Below, in pieces: positions 13,723 through 27,300 of a DNA stretch of 64,000 nucleotides; position 1 is the first letter of the stretch; each line of letters starts with the position of its first letter. A program made the translations under genes and the position numbers. Source of the DNA: Trichoplax adhaerens (taxonomy: Eukaryota; Animalia; Placozoa); the NCBI RefSeq assembly GCF_000150275.1, contig NW_002060972.1, positions 1 to 64,000 on the forward strand, written 5' to 3'. The notes under the pieces were generated by a model, which worked only from the letters and a program-made list of their open reading frames with translations, did not search any database and was not told where the DNA came from.

Positions 13723-15769
13723 AGAGTCGTACCAAAAACGCCTTCTTCGTGTGTGTGCAAAACAGATATCGCGAGTTAATGCATTTTACACTATTGTATA
13801 GCGTCAATATTTTAGACAACATCGAGTTTACACATTGGACGCATTTATCGGCATAACCGATGGGCGATGGCAGGCTTTACCGGTAGTCCATGGTTATTAC
13901 TTAATTCCCAGGGTTACTCAGTAGTAGGTCAAAATTCGGTCGGATAATTTATAATTAATAAGACGTTACTTAAACCACTTTGATATACTGTATACTGTGG
14001 ACGCTACCTGATCCTGACTTTCATTTCAAGACTTCCATTACAGTGATATTAAAATGGAGATTTTGAGTTGTTAAGTCAGTAAGAAACGGACGTTGTCACA
14101 AATGGTATGTGACAGATATACTCTTTTATTTCGCGGTAGGAAGGGACTTATCTACGAATTTTCTCTTACCAGAAGTCCCCGACATTGGCGACCATTCGAT
14201 TGCATCAGATCAGTAATTCGGTAATCCGCCAAAATGAGTAAAAATACGGAGGAAAGTGAAAGAAATCGATATTGAACACGTTGATCCTGCTACGTATCGA
14301 TAGTATACCGTGTTAAAATGACTAGCAAAATGGTTAGCTGTCAATCTGAAACAAATCTTTGGTGTGGTGAAGGATAGTTCTAGGCGTGTTCTCTTTCTTT
14401 TCTTTTTATGTGATTCAAACAACTGGCGTTTACACTAATGCGATGCAATAAAATTTTCATCAGTATTGATGTTTTATCTCGTGAACGGGTTTAACCAATT
14501 CGTTTAACTTTCAATAGACAATTTTCTTTTATTACTGGACAGTACATTATAGTACAATGTACATGTACTAACAATCATTCCTAAGATAGTTACAACTTAC
14601 ACTCGTATCTTTCGTAACCTTAGCGCTAAAATTATAGATGAGTGTTATTATAATTCGAAATAACTACATCACACTACAGTACATATGCTGCTGTCAATGC
14701 ATTTATGCGAAAAGAGAGAAAGCATAGGGACTTTTATAACTAACTTTTAAGCTACTTTTCTGAATTATAATGATTTTATATTTTCTGCCGGTAACGAACT
14801 ACTATACCGTACTTACACTGAACTTCTAGTGATTTGTACATTCATTTGATCTCGACAGTTCGCCCTAACTATTACTCGGTTTAGTTTCGTACGACATTGG
14901 GGCTATTAATCAATTAATTAAATCGTGATCTAATACATAAATGTATCTACTGTACTGTATAGTATATTAATAATAATATAATTGTTCTTACTTTGACTAG
15001 GATACAGTATTTCTCTCAGTTCTGAATCACATCCGGTATCATACATGAACAGAAATTAAATAACTATGAACTCCCTGGTAACTTTCTTACTATTCAGAAA
15101 TTAATCAACAATATAGCCGATAACGCCTATAAATAATTAACATATTTCTATTTTCAATTCACCGCAATATTCACAATTATTATAATACTAGAGAATCGGT
15201 AATAATTAATTAATTAATTAGTTTCGTATTTGTCAGACAAGTGGTTATCTATCATTTTTATTGCATTACTGTATCGGTAGATAGGAGTTTCTGGAAGTTG
15301 CTGCCATTATTTCTTCATACTATCTTTAGGAGAAACCGTAACTCTACTAGTCACTCTTAGATAAAATCGAACCCAAACTTTATTGATAACTCAGTCAATT
15401 TATAGTAAATCCATATGAACATTAATTATCATTATATGGATAACATTATGCAACTAAGCAGTTATCTATTTAAAATATTTATAACGTCATAGATAAATAA
15501 ATATTACAACAATCCTAGGGAAGTAATCTTATTATGGAAACTATGTTATGACTGCTATGCAAACATTACCTTTATCCTTAACGAAAGAAAATTTCCCTCG
15601 ATCTATGATTGACATATTGATAACGGTGCAGTATTAATTAATATATGCGAAATTAGAATGGAGAAAGTATAAATACTGGTCTATGCTAACGAGTAATAAT
15701 TTTTAGGAAGGTGATCGAAAAGTTTATACTTATTCATTATCAAGTGTTGTACTAATTGAGTTTGCAGCA

Positions 15770-16624
15770 ATGGCAAAATGTACTTTACTGATGTGCTTAA
15801 TCCTTTTAGCTATTCTATCAACCGCAAGAATGACAGTAAGTTAAATGGTATCCAAAATATTTAAAGAGTACCGAAAGTATAGCTTAATTCTGTAAAACTG
15901 ATGCACAGTATCTTTATAAAATTTAATTTATTAGGTAATTAAGAAAAAACCCAAAACATGCGCTGAAGTTAGAAATATATTTCGAGTCTCGTACAATGGA
16001 TATTTTACACTCTATGATTCTGTAAATAAGCCCTATCTTGTATTTTGCGATTTCCTATCTGATCCTGGATTCGCATGGACACTTATAGAATCGTTATCAA
16101 CAACTAATGCACGAGCCACTACTCGCACATACGACAAGGGCTTTTATTATGATGTTGCCTCCAACGAGTGCACACCTAATTGGTCATGCTATCGACTTTC
16201 TAAAGCCAGAATGCTTTCATTAAAGAATGCACCATTATCGACACATTATCGTGCTACGTGTAACTTTGATAGCCAAGGCGTGAAAGGACTTCAAAGTCGT
16301 CGTGATTACTTAAAGGGATCATTTTGTGCAAATAAACTATTTTTCGCTCCAAAAGCGCATGCAACTTGTGTTATAGTCGACTATATCAACGTTCGTGGAC
16401 ATTATTGCAGAAAATGTAGTCTTCCATTCTGGACCGATCCACACCTTCATTTACATATAGATGTTTCGCATTCAAGTAGAATGTGTGGAAGATTTACTGT
16501 CAGTAATCCTGTATCAAGTGAAGACGTTTTCGGCCATTATTATGGAATTAATAAATTGTTTTCTTGCACTGCAACAGCTACCACAACAACGAACTGGTGG
16601 ATTGGTGGCCCATATCGTCATTAA
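15770..16624 (+). CDS. Secreted Cys-rich protein with fibrinogen/intelectin-like N-terminal motif (2 exons: 15770-15835, 15935-16624)
   Basis: Signal peptide MAKCTLLMCLILLAILSTA; phase-0 GT-AG intron; exon 2 reads PKTCAEVR...NGYFTL...YLVFCDF...GFAWTLIES (cf. fibrinogen-domain P-SC..G.Y.....VxCDM...GGWTL) and is in frame with ORF 16211-16624. About 251 aa. Confidence 0.8.
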
Positions 16625-17074
16625 GTAGACATCATTGAATTATAGTGGCGTACAGTGCTTAAACCAACGTCTTACGCTAACTGAATGTATTTTAAGAACT
16701 ACTGGATCCTCTTTATTATCGATATCTTTCCTCCAAGCTTTCCAAAATACCTCCTAGCACGTACTTATATAGCAAACTCAAGCTACGAGGGGTACTGATA
16801 GTTTAAATGCAATGTCTTGATTTTAGATAACTGATTATGATAACTTGTATGGTGTCAAATCTTACTTTATTAGTATCTAACTTCATAATTGTAGTGTATT
16901 TGGATTGTATTGTAAGTGTAATCTACTCTTAAATATAGTTATCACATTGTACCTAACTACTATCTATAATAAAGTATCCTCTTTTCTTAAGCTCCTTGTG
17001 CAATTCTCTGCGTGGCAACTAAAACTACATTATCTGACTCTTCGAACCCTCCATCACAATTTCTGAAGACCACT

Positions 17075-17360
17075 TTTAGTTAGTTAGTCAGTTAGTTAGT
17101 CAACTAAATTGTCAATTGCTATTGAATTGTCAAGACTTTAATCTTGGTTGTCCAGATTTCTTCAGTAATAAATAGTAGTAAATCTCTGACTACCTCGTCT
17201 ACACTATCTGTGGCGCTATAATTATACTATAGTATTCGGTCGTTGGAACTGAATTATTTGGTCATATAGCTAATCTCGCCTCAGTCAGTCAAGAGGCGTT
17301 CTTCGTAAGCATTGGCATGAGTAGACTACTTTATCACTAGTGGTGTGTGACAGTATCATA
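17075..17360 (-). repeat. Dispersed ~290-bp repeat (SINE-like), inverted copy of 52790-53085
   Basis: Reverse complement matches 52790-53085 (e.g. TCAATTGCTATTGAAT, AATCTTGGTTGTC, CCTCGTCTA, GTCGTTGGAACTGA, AAGAGGCG); ends in (TAGT)n. Confidence 0.8.
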
Positions 17361-19697
17361 CTTCGTAAATCATAAGTATGAACTCTAGTAGAATTTTTTG
17401 GACTGTTTAACTTTCCAAAACTGAAACTTTACTTTAATTCCACGCCTAAAATAGCATAAAACCTAGAGTTACTCTAGACGAAGAGTTTCTTTTTTCTGCG
17501 TAGTATCGTGATAAAAGTTGCTATTTTGATTTTAATCTTGAATTCAATCAGTCACCAATTCCATATGTTAAGTAGGAATACTTTATAATTTCGTAATATA
17601 CGCGTATTGTAATATACAAGTAAAGGCATTACTAATTAATCCATCAAATTTCGTTAGTTATCTTAGTAAATGTCATCGGACTGCTTCCATTTTACAACGA
17701 GTGTTACGAAGTAAACATGCATATCTACAGTACTTAATGCTATGCAAGATACTGTAATAGACTAGCTTAACTTTAGCATTGAAATTACTTAAATACTGCG
17801 TTTACGGTGTATCTTCCATGACGTACAGAAAGGCTATCACCAACTAGTTCATTTTTACTTACAAGTCTATGTTTATTTGCAAAAGCTTTCGGCGTTCAAT
17901 ATAATTTACATAGGCATCGTCAGGTTAGACAGAAAATGCGTATTAATTTACTGCGAAGCTTTTTGTTAAGCTAGCATAGTTTTAGTATAATAACGCTTTT
18001 TTTGGAAAAATGACTTAATTCCCAGTCCAGCGTCATATCGAAGTCAATAATTAACCTTAACCTTTAGAATATTGAAGTTATGAGAAGCAAACAATAAGAA
18101 AGAATTCTTTTTTTTAATGAAATTACGAAAGCATAAAAGGTTTCATAAACTTGTAAAAGTTTTACGAAAAATAAAGAAGATGACTCTAATTCTTTAGCTG
18201 TAAATACGGTAGTCATTGGCAGTTGGCCTATGTAAATTTATAAGATGAATACAGTATGCGAAATAGCAATAATGCAGGGATGCATTTTCGAATCAATGGA
18301 TTTTGTAGTAATTAATATGTATGATTTTATGTACACCAAAATCAGTTGGTAGTCACACGTTATTATTCCTGATTTTCGCGAGATAAAATGTTCAGAATTA
18401 TAATATATCAAATTTAAAAAGCCAGAAAATGATGAGTTTTATATTATTATTCGCACATTTGGCAATGCAAGCTCGATAAAATATTAGATTGGTAATTAAT
18501 TAATCCTACAACAACGCGAATTATATTCAGCTTATTGGGCTACGAGTATGTAGACTTCTGAATAATAAAATAAGTCGGTCCAAAACTTTATAAAAGATAA
18601 TTTTTCCGTATAAATCAATTTCAATTGTTTTCAGATTTTTTCACGCAGTTAAAATTGATCTATTCATTCGATTAGAAGCTCTGTGTGAAGTTTAATTAAT
18701 ATGTCAAATAATTAAATCATAATGGTATAAAGAGATATTTTGCATCTCTCTATCGGATAGGCCGCTGTGATCTTAAGATATTTACATGCTAATGAATTTA
18801 AGATCACTGAAATAGAGCTAATTTAGACTTTCTTAAAATGCAATTATTATCTTATTAGTATTGCATTAAGTTTTATCTTGGTGGGGCATCACATTGGCTA
18901 CGTGCGCCATACAAAAATTTGTGATTTATTCTTAGATTGGTGAGTTATATAAGAAATAAAGATTAGCAGATCTGTTAACATTAGCAATTGTTGATCTTAG
19001 GATGAAACAAGTTAGTATTATCATGCCAAAGTAAACATATAAGATTTAGATTGCCAATATTCTAATTATTTTAGTTATAGCTTCAGTAGGATGCCTATCA
19101 TATAGATTATAAATGTCTGTATCACTCTGCCGCTAATAGAAAAAGAAAAATTCTTCTATGTCATAGCTAAGAAATTTAATCGGTTTATTACTGAATAGGC
19201 CTAGCAGGGTATGTATTGGCTTGCAGAAGACAAATAATATTGTCTAAGGTGTTAAAAAATGATCTTTCTAAGCAACTGGTTGCTGCATTGGAAACTACGG
19301 TGTCATTATATAATGATTTATGCAGCTAAAGTCTTTATCAATAGTTAATTATTTGCCTATAAACTTAATAATTGTTAGGCTCTTTTTATAAATGTCTGAA
19401 CCGAGAAGAGTGGCAAACAAAGATTGCAATTCCCAATGTAATACCAGTTGATACTTGCATATACAGGCTCTTTTGCGAAATAGGCGTTTCATTTCACAGC
19501 TAATGTGTCTCCTTTATTAAAAATTGTTACTCTATTATCACCAGAAATATCAGTAATGCTGTAAATATGCAATCATTACAGAGGTGACTTTACCTGTTTA
19601 GTGCACACTTATATGAGAACTTTATTTTATTCAATATCAATGAAATCTCATGCTGTTTTTTTCCTAATCCATTAGTCCATTAGAAACGCCAGCAACA

Positions 19698-19705
19698 GTA
19701 TAAAA
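19698..19705 (+). promoter_or_regulatory. Candidate TATA box of the prepropeptide gene (followed by a putative 5' UTR exon)
   Basis: GTATAAAAG ~75 nt before a GTGAG donor (19771); TAG acceptor at 20141-20143 just before the ATG at 20149. Confidence 0.4.
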
Positions 19706-20148
19706 GGTTGGAAAAGGATCCTTTATCGACAGACATTTTTTTCCTGCTACGTCTCGGAAGCAAATTTAAAGTGAGGTTTGTTACTAAATGTAAGGTACCA
19801 AATTGAAATGATCTTTTTTATTTTAAATTAGTTTATTACAGACTGCAATATAGTCATCAACATATAGCTATAATTGTTTATTTAAGTTTCATAGTCAGAG
19901 ATTCTAATGTTTCTCTGCGTGAAGAATGGATAGCACTCGTGACTTACACATATGTCTGTTAGTAAGACTGAACCTTAGAAATTCAACCTCAAGTTTACAA
20001 AACATAATAATAATTCTCATCGATTGCAAACGGCATTGACTGACCTATGAATATTATAGTAGAACTACCGTAATTATCATTCTTCCATTAAATCCGTCTT
20101 TCCAAAGTAAAAGAATCATTCTATACTTTATTAAATCATCTAGAGAGC

Positions 20149-20920
20149 ATGAACATTAAATTGATTATCCTTGCTACCTGCCTATTCGCCCTTGTCTGTA
20201 ATGCAGACACAGATGCAGAGCGTGAACCAGATTACGATGTCAAGGATGTCGATGATCGTGATGAAGAAGAAGCAGAAGAAGGATCAGAAACGGATCTGGA
20301 GGAAATAAAAAATAACATTAACATCAACAATAACAACAATAATAACAATAATAACAATAATAACAATAACAATAATAACAACAATAACAACAACAATAAC
20401 AGCAACAATAACGTAAGTGCTTAGGATATATAGCGCAAGTAAGAGTTGAGAGCCAGTTGCATAAAACTATATATGTCAAGTGATGGAACTTAGTTGATAG
20501 GATAATTTTGCCATGAACTAATTAATTTGTTACCATAGCCAACCTCTACCGTAAAATCTTATCCTTCGACAGCAATTTTTAGTTTCAATAGGAAACATAC
20601 TGAAACTTGAGCAAATTTTGTACCGCTCTTAATAACTTACTTACTATACAGGAAATTAGAATTGATTCCTTAGGCGTTTGATGATACTTTTTTCTACTGG
20701 CACGAGGTTCTAATTGGTGTGAAGTTTGTCTAGGTCTGTATTTATCATTGGAAAGTGATAGCTCTGATAAACACGATTAAAATATTTACTAATTTTCAAA
20801 TAGTGGAGTAGATGCCGCCGTAGTTGGAGACGTCGATGCAATTGGGCTAGACGCCGTCGCAGTTGGAGACGTCGACGCAATTGGGCTAGACGCCATCGCG
20901 TGAGGAATTGCCGCTGTTGA
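20149..20920 (+). CDS. Secreted prepropeptide: signal peptide, acidic propiece, poly-Asn, Arg/Trp/Cys-rich cationic C-terminus (putative antimicrobial peptide precursor, arminin-like architecture)
   Basis: Exon 20149-20412 (88 codons, GTAAGT donor) joins in phase 0 to exon 20804-20920 WSRCRRSWRRRCNWARRRRSWRRRRNWARRHRVRNCRC*. Confidence 0.85.
20310..20412 (+). repeat. (AAC/AAT)n coding microsatellite, poly-Asn
   Basis: Mixed AAC/AAT triplets in frame. Confidence 0.95.
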
Positions 20921-23388
20921 GGCAGCTAGCTTTCTGTGAAATTTCCTTTCAATGACATGGCTGTTAACATCTTATAGTTGATAACCTTAGTAAATCATTG
21001 ATTATGTGATCTAAAGATAACTCATAGACATGGTAATCTGAAAGTGCACGTTGGTCGTAGATTAGTTGCTTACTCAGTATAGTTCTGTTTGTTGCATGTT
21101 CGAATTAGATGGTAATAAACTATGTTTGCGTAAGATTAAAGAAATATTACTCTTAACTTAAGTCCATGTCATGTGAAAACAATAAAATAAATAAATCACC
21201 ATAATTGTTCCGCAAATTAATGAATTTTATAAAATCATGAACGTAAAGCTCATGATGGCCGCTTAATGTGAAAATTGACGCTTGCTTTTCAACTGTAGTG
21301 AAATATGGGTATAATTATGCGATGATAGAAAATTGACTATGATATCGTATATTATTTGGATACAAATTCACTGATTAACACCATAATTTTAAATCGATCG
21401 ATAACAAATTCAGAGCCTCGCATAAAATGCTAATACAGCATGTAATTACCTTGCTAAATTTAATTTTAATTCTTAACTAAGTAATCTTAATAGTCAATGA
21501 TTAATCGATGTGGTAATATTTCCGATTTATTGTCAAGGTTAAATCAGGCAGTATTATAGTGTATAGTATAAGTAAATTTAGTAGTATTAGAAGCCGATAA
21601 TAAATGTATCGGTGTCAGTGATTATAATTCATGGTTTCGCTGAAACCTGCCGATATTACAATATTATTAAAAGCTGACAATTGACAATTAATTGATAAAT
21701 CCTCTCTTATAGTCTGGGGGATTCTGATTTTCTGACATTAAAATTTAGGATAACGAATGATGTTGGGCGTTATTTCTGGTTTTCTTGTTAAGCATTATTC
21801 ATATTTCTGAAGTTGAATTACTCCAGTATTTCTAAACCCAACACGTTAAAATGGCTTCATTTAAATAATTGAGTTACAGGCATAACGCTGGCTATGCTTC
21901 ACTTATTTATCGACCATGAATATAACAATAGGGTAAAGTAAATTTTAAGCAGCCAAAAGCAAAATCTGAAAGCATAATTATATACTGAATAACTTAGTCA
22001 AAATGGCTAATAGCTGTTAACAGTTAAAATACTTCATAGCTAGGCGTTAATTGAATATAGGCTAAAAATCTCGACAGATATTCTAATGGAGCGATGATAT
22101 TACAATATGAGAATAAAGTCTGAAATTAAGTACTCACGAGTAAGCTCATTTAATATCGTAAAACTGACTTGAAAAAACTAGAGTATGGTCTCCTCCATGT
22201 TTCTATCCTCTCATATAGGGCAGCTGATAGTTCATTACTAGAATTTTTTGCCTCTAGCTGTTAAGAATCTAGATTTACAAAGGTACTTTAAAGTGTTACG
22301 AGGTGGTTAAACACAAAGTACTCGCTGTCGACTCTTTCAATAGACCTAAACTGTAACTCAAATACTAATAACTTCGGCAGGCTAAACTATGAATCCTAAC
22401 TTTATTAAAAAGCCAGCTAATATATAGCGTAGTTACATAATCAATTTTTTATTAAAACTGAAGTAACATGAATAAAGTATGCAATAATTTTTATATAACA
22501 AACATGCAAAACGTGGTTAATAAGCCTTCTTAGCATATTTCTTGAAAATTTATCTCAGGATGACTGAAATACAGCTATTCTATATTGGTTCCTTTGTAAT
22601 ACTACTGCTAATAGACTTTTAATTATAAATATCATACGGTGGTAATTTTGCGCTACTAGTTTTGGTTAAAACAGGTTATGGAATAGATTCCTATTCTATT
22701 ACAAATTATCGCCGGTTAAAAAAATTTAATGAATATTACATTCTAAGTGTTGCTTTGCCGTTACGAAAAGTAGATACTCATACATTTATCTACCATAACG
22801 ACATCAATGCTTATGGCATATTAAGAGATTGACACTTATATTAATTATAGAAAGCTTAAAAGTAAACGACTATGTCTTTGTTATATAGGTTAAGAGAACT
22901 GCCATAAATAATTTACATAGATAGCGATCAAAGGTTCACATTTTTTTCCATATATACTAATAGCTTGTCGAATTATTAGCCATCTGTAAGTTTAGCTATG
23001 TAAAATAGTAACCATTGTTTGGTAAGAAATCATTATTTGCAACGTTAACAAACTTACAGTATAATTTCATTCGCCGTTCGTTAATTTGGCTATTAAGTCT
23101 TTATATTTAAGCTGTACTATTTCAAAACTGAAATTGCAATTGAAGTAATTATACGCTAATACTCGTTATTTTTATTCATAAGGATTTCTTTTGCTTATAA
23201 CGATATTCTTCTTGTTCAGACGTGCAAGCAATGAAAAAGGAAAAAATTTACTGTGCTAATTAATCGCTACTTTAATTCTTCCCTGAATGGACTAGTTTGG
23301 CTGAATTTGTTGACTTAATCAACCATAACTGTCCTGTTCTTAGTTTAATTTAAATTTATTATCTCGCAAAGGATAACTTGTTAAATCA

Positions 23389-24372
23389 TTAAACGTTAAA
23401 AAGTATTCGAGTTCGAACAAAAGGCACCACCTTGTCTCTGTTGTAGTAAGTACAGACTGGCAACGGTAAATTTTTACGTAATTCTGAATTCGTAGCAACG
23501 AAAATTATGGGATTAATAGCGATATTGCAATAAGTTAATATGAGAGCAATTTGAGCTAAACTTTTATTTACAGTGTGATCGCTTTCATTACACCAATAAC
23601 GAATAACACCATTGAGTAATAAAACATTAAATGGCAACCAACATAAGACATTAGTTCCAACAATTAATGAGATGGTTCTTAATGGTATTAGTATACTTTG
23701 ATAGCGGTTTCTATCTTTGAAAGCTTTATTGTAAGCAATAACGAATTGGATTAAGTTACAAGATATGATTACCGCTACAGTTATGCTAACACCGATAGCA
23801 TAAGCAGTATTAATAGCATCGTTTCTACTATTTACGTGAAATGGTAGCCAACATGTTGTTAAATGATAATATCGTCCGAAGCCACGATTTTCTAGAGATA
23901 GCAGTGGCATTATTGCCAATATTAATGGCCCGATGTAACAAGTCACAACGCCTAAAGCATAATTTCTAGCGGAAGTTTGTCTAATGTAGGTGAAAGGAGC
24001 TACCACTGCATGACATCGTTCTACACTTATCGCTACAGATAACATAAATGATGCGCCATTAAATATGCTGATTAAAAAGCCTTGCAATTGACAAAGTGAA
24101 TTATGATTACCGATACAAACCATGGCAATTAAGAATGGTATTACAAATAAACTGGTTAAGAAGTCATTTATTGCAATAGCTGATAAAAGGACGTTGCTGT
24201 AAGTCCTTAATGAGGGTGTAAGATAAATGGTCCATAAATTGAAAAAATTGCCAAGCAATGCTGTAATCATAATAATGGACAAAAACATGATTTCAGCAGT
24301 CGGAGATAAACCAGTGAAAATGTCCATAGTTTCATTTACTAATAAAGAATGAGACGAATTTGGATTGGACAT
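23389..24372 (-). CDS. Single-exon rhodopsin-like (class A) GPCR, 327 aa
   Basis: Seven hydrophobic helices, GN in TM1, A..D in TM2, SVERC (DRY-like), CWLP in TM6, INPIIF (NPxxY-like), N-terminal N-glycosylation sequons. Confidence 0.93.
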   Translation of the reverse strand: MSNPNSSHSLLVNETMDIFTGLSPTAEIMFLSIIMITALLGNFFNLWTIYLTPSLRTYSNVLLSAIAINDFLTSLFVIPFLIAMVCIGNHNSLCQLQGFLISIFNGASFMLSVAISVERCHAVVAPFTYIRQTSARNYALGVVTCYIGPLILAIMPLLSLENRGFGRYYHLTTCWLPFHVNSRNDAINTAYAIGVSITVAVIISCNLIQFVIAYNKAFKDRNRYQSILIPLRTISLIVGTNVLCWLPFNVLLLNGVIRYWCNESDHTVNKSLAQIALILTYCNIAINPIIFVATNSELRKNLPLPVCTYYNRDKVVPFVRTRILFNV

Positions 24373-27300
24373 TGCAGGTCGTTGGAAATTGTAATAATTT
24401 CAGCTATTTATATGTTAGATATAACCAAATTCAAATTAAAGTACTGATATTGTGTCGAAATTATGATAAATTATGATGACATTCTAAACTACGATTTATG
24501 TGCTATTGCATACAAATTTTATATTTTCAAAGCTGGATGCTTACTTGTGAAAGAGCTATGCCATAAAATTTTGTATTAAATTGTTAACCATTGGAAAGAG
24601 AAAATTGCCTATGACTTTGCTATGCATGGATCAATATTTTACTAATTCACTAGGAATGCTAAAATGAGGAAAGGAATTATTTGTTATCAGTCATTTAAAT
24701 TTAAATTTGGATGTTATTGTGTTGAATCGCAAGCTAATCTATTCCGTTCAAAAATAATGATATCAGTCCTCTTTTGAGTTTCTCTTAATTTATTTGCTGA
24801 CATTTTATCGTCAATATCATATCTTTCATAATTGAAAACTTTATGGATATCAAGTTATTGTGTTCATGACAACACCTCCATCAGTTTCCTACATTTAGGT
24901 CTGTCAACTTATCGTATCCGCTCATAATCTTACTGTTTGTTTTATAAGAATAGCGATATTCGACTTCATTTACAATTCTTTTCAAATTCTAACATAAAAA
25001 GTTTTTATTATCGATATTGAGTGCACCAAAATAACTCGTTCTTCTCGTAAATTGTCAAAAAATTTTGCCTTTATTTAAGCAGGATACAGCTGATATATGT
25101 ACATTAGTACAGTACATGATAAAATTAAATTATCTTACCTAATAATAAATCGATCAGTGCAGAATTCAACTTAAGTAATTTAGGCGGTTTATAAATACTT
25201 GCAATAATTTTGTGAAAGCTATGGCAAGAATTAAGTATCAATCATATGCAAGTGCATTCCGATAATTTTAGTATATGCGAATGTATGTAATTTAACGCGT
25301 ATTGATATGGAGATACTGCTTCAATGCTTATTTCGATTACCATACTTACAAAAATATTATTGCAGGAGAATCTTATGACCGTAGAATTAAATATAATAAC
25401 TTTAGCTATGTCATGTTGAAAGTAAGCTACTTGATTGAGGAATGACAATGAGAAAAATCCAGCTATTAATATAATGAAACCTATAACTTTAAATTTAGAT
25501 TTGGGCATAATTTAAAGCAAAGACGTATGTGTTTCCTTAGTTATTTATTTAGGATATATAATGACGTAATTTACACTTCGTAATATATTTCTGTTCTATT
25601 ATTGCAATGTCTAGCATTATTCTCTTGCTACTAAATGAAATTGACGGGCATACAATTGATATATAAGCAAGATGAAAATAGTAAAAAGACAAAGTTAAAC
25701 TATTTTATAATGCACCTATATTAATTTCAATGATTTCTATTATTTCAAACAGTAAAGTATACTATCCCGTCGTCTTGGATCATGAATAAGTTAAGCAATA
25801 AAATTTTTGAGATATCTGGAATGTTAGGAAATATTTAACCTTATCATAAAGTAAAATCAAACTTACTTAACGGAGACTATAGAGGATCTAGTAACTTGTA
25901 ATGTAAAGCTTGTTGCTAAGATTTTAAGCTAGAAATATTGGCTAAGAAAGGGTTAATAAACTTTGTTAATGTATCAGTTTGACCTCGAAATTTTTCTATC
26001 GCAATCTCTTCTACAATTTGTCAAGAATGAAATTTTACTGGGATTTGTCTTCATTCCTGAAATTACTCTTCAAATTTTATTAGCTTAGTATGGTCCAGTA
26101 ATGCTTTCTTAACAGGATTTAGCCCAATCGACTATGTTGGCGTATTATCTCCATTTAATATAAGATACGTACTTCAATTGGAGAATCAAGTTATATAATC
26201 AATCTCTAGGCTTCATTTTCTAGGGACTATAGTACTTTCAAAAGTTAGCGTATTTAGTTTGGACAGAAGATATGATGAACTATTTTCCTCTTTACTATGT
26301 CTTAAATTTACAGACCAATACAATGTTCTAAGTCCTCGTTATGTAGTAAAGTGTTTAATAGAAGGTACGATTTATGGTTCGAGTTGTAATTGTCTTGTTA
26401 TTTACTTCTAGCTGAGAATAATAATTCTCTGTAAATTTAATATTTAAACTAGGAATGTAAATCTTTGAAACCTCGCCATTTTATTACTACTGTATAAGGT
26501 ACAAGTAGTTAGAGAAATATTGAATCTGTGAGATTGAAGTAAACAGTATTGTAGATGCTAATTTACGTTGTTTACGGTAGTTATGCAAGTTCATCTAGCT
26601 TATGATAGCGGTTTTTATCAATTTAGAAATCAAAATTCAAAAGTTTACCTTCGATAAACTCAAATGAGAGTTGATCTACCCATATTTCTTTCATGCAATT
26701 ATAATTATTACCGGATAATGCTGCTTCTCACTTCACGCTAACTTTACTCATAAATTGGTATTGTAACATTTTCTATAGAAGCACTGGACAATTATCTGGT
26801 TAGCTGATATTAGAAATGTGAGTGCAAATCCGTAGAGTTAGACAATCTTGAGAAGGTGTACGGTACAAGTTATTCTGTAGAAATGACCGATCAATCTTTG
26901 GGCTGATGGCAATACTTATATCAACCGGTGAGAGTTTAATTCTAAATCTCACAAAACACATGCTATTCTTCTACTGAACTAATCAATCTATCCTATTTAT
27001 TGTAAGATAAAGCAAGCAGCACTGTCTTTAGTAAATACATTGTTACTACCTTGGAATACCTAGGATGAACTTAGACATTCCTTTGGATGGTCCAATTCTA
27101 AAAAAATAGACCATAATTAATGTTTTAAATTATTAACTTAATTTGATATCAATTAATGATTTAGAAAAGATCGATATGTTACGAGATAAAAGGGTTATTA
27201 GTGAAATTAATTTAATTAGAGGATTTCCATTAAAAATTAAGAAGGAATCAACCTATCCATGTTTCAGTCTAATATTTCAGTAATTACTCAAGATTTAACT

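Noticed and set aside
13303-13856. Six overlapping ORFs rich in TVQY/YCTV
   Set aside because: Translations of the TACTG/CAGTA low-complexity array.
25242-25508. 88-aa minus-strand ORF with an N-terminal hydrophobic segment
   Set aside because: No recognisable domain or joinable exons; hydrophobic ORFs are common in AT-rich DNA.
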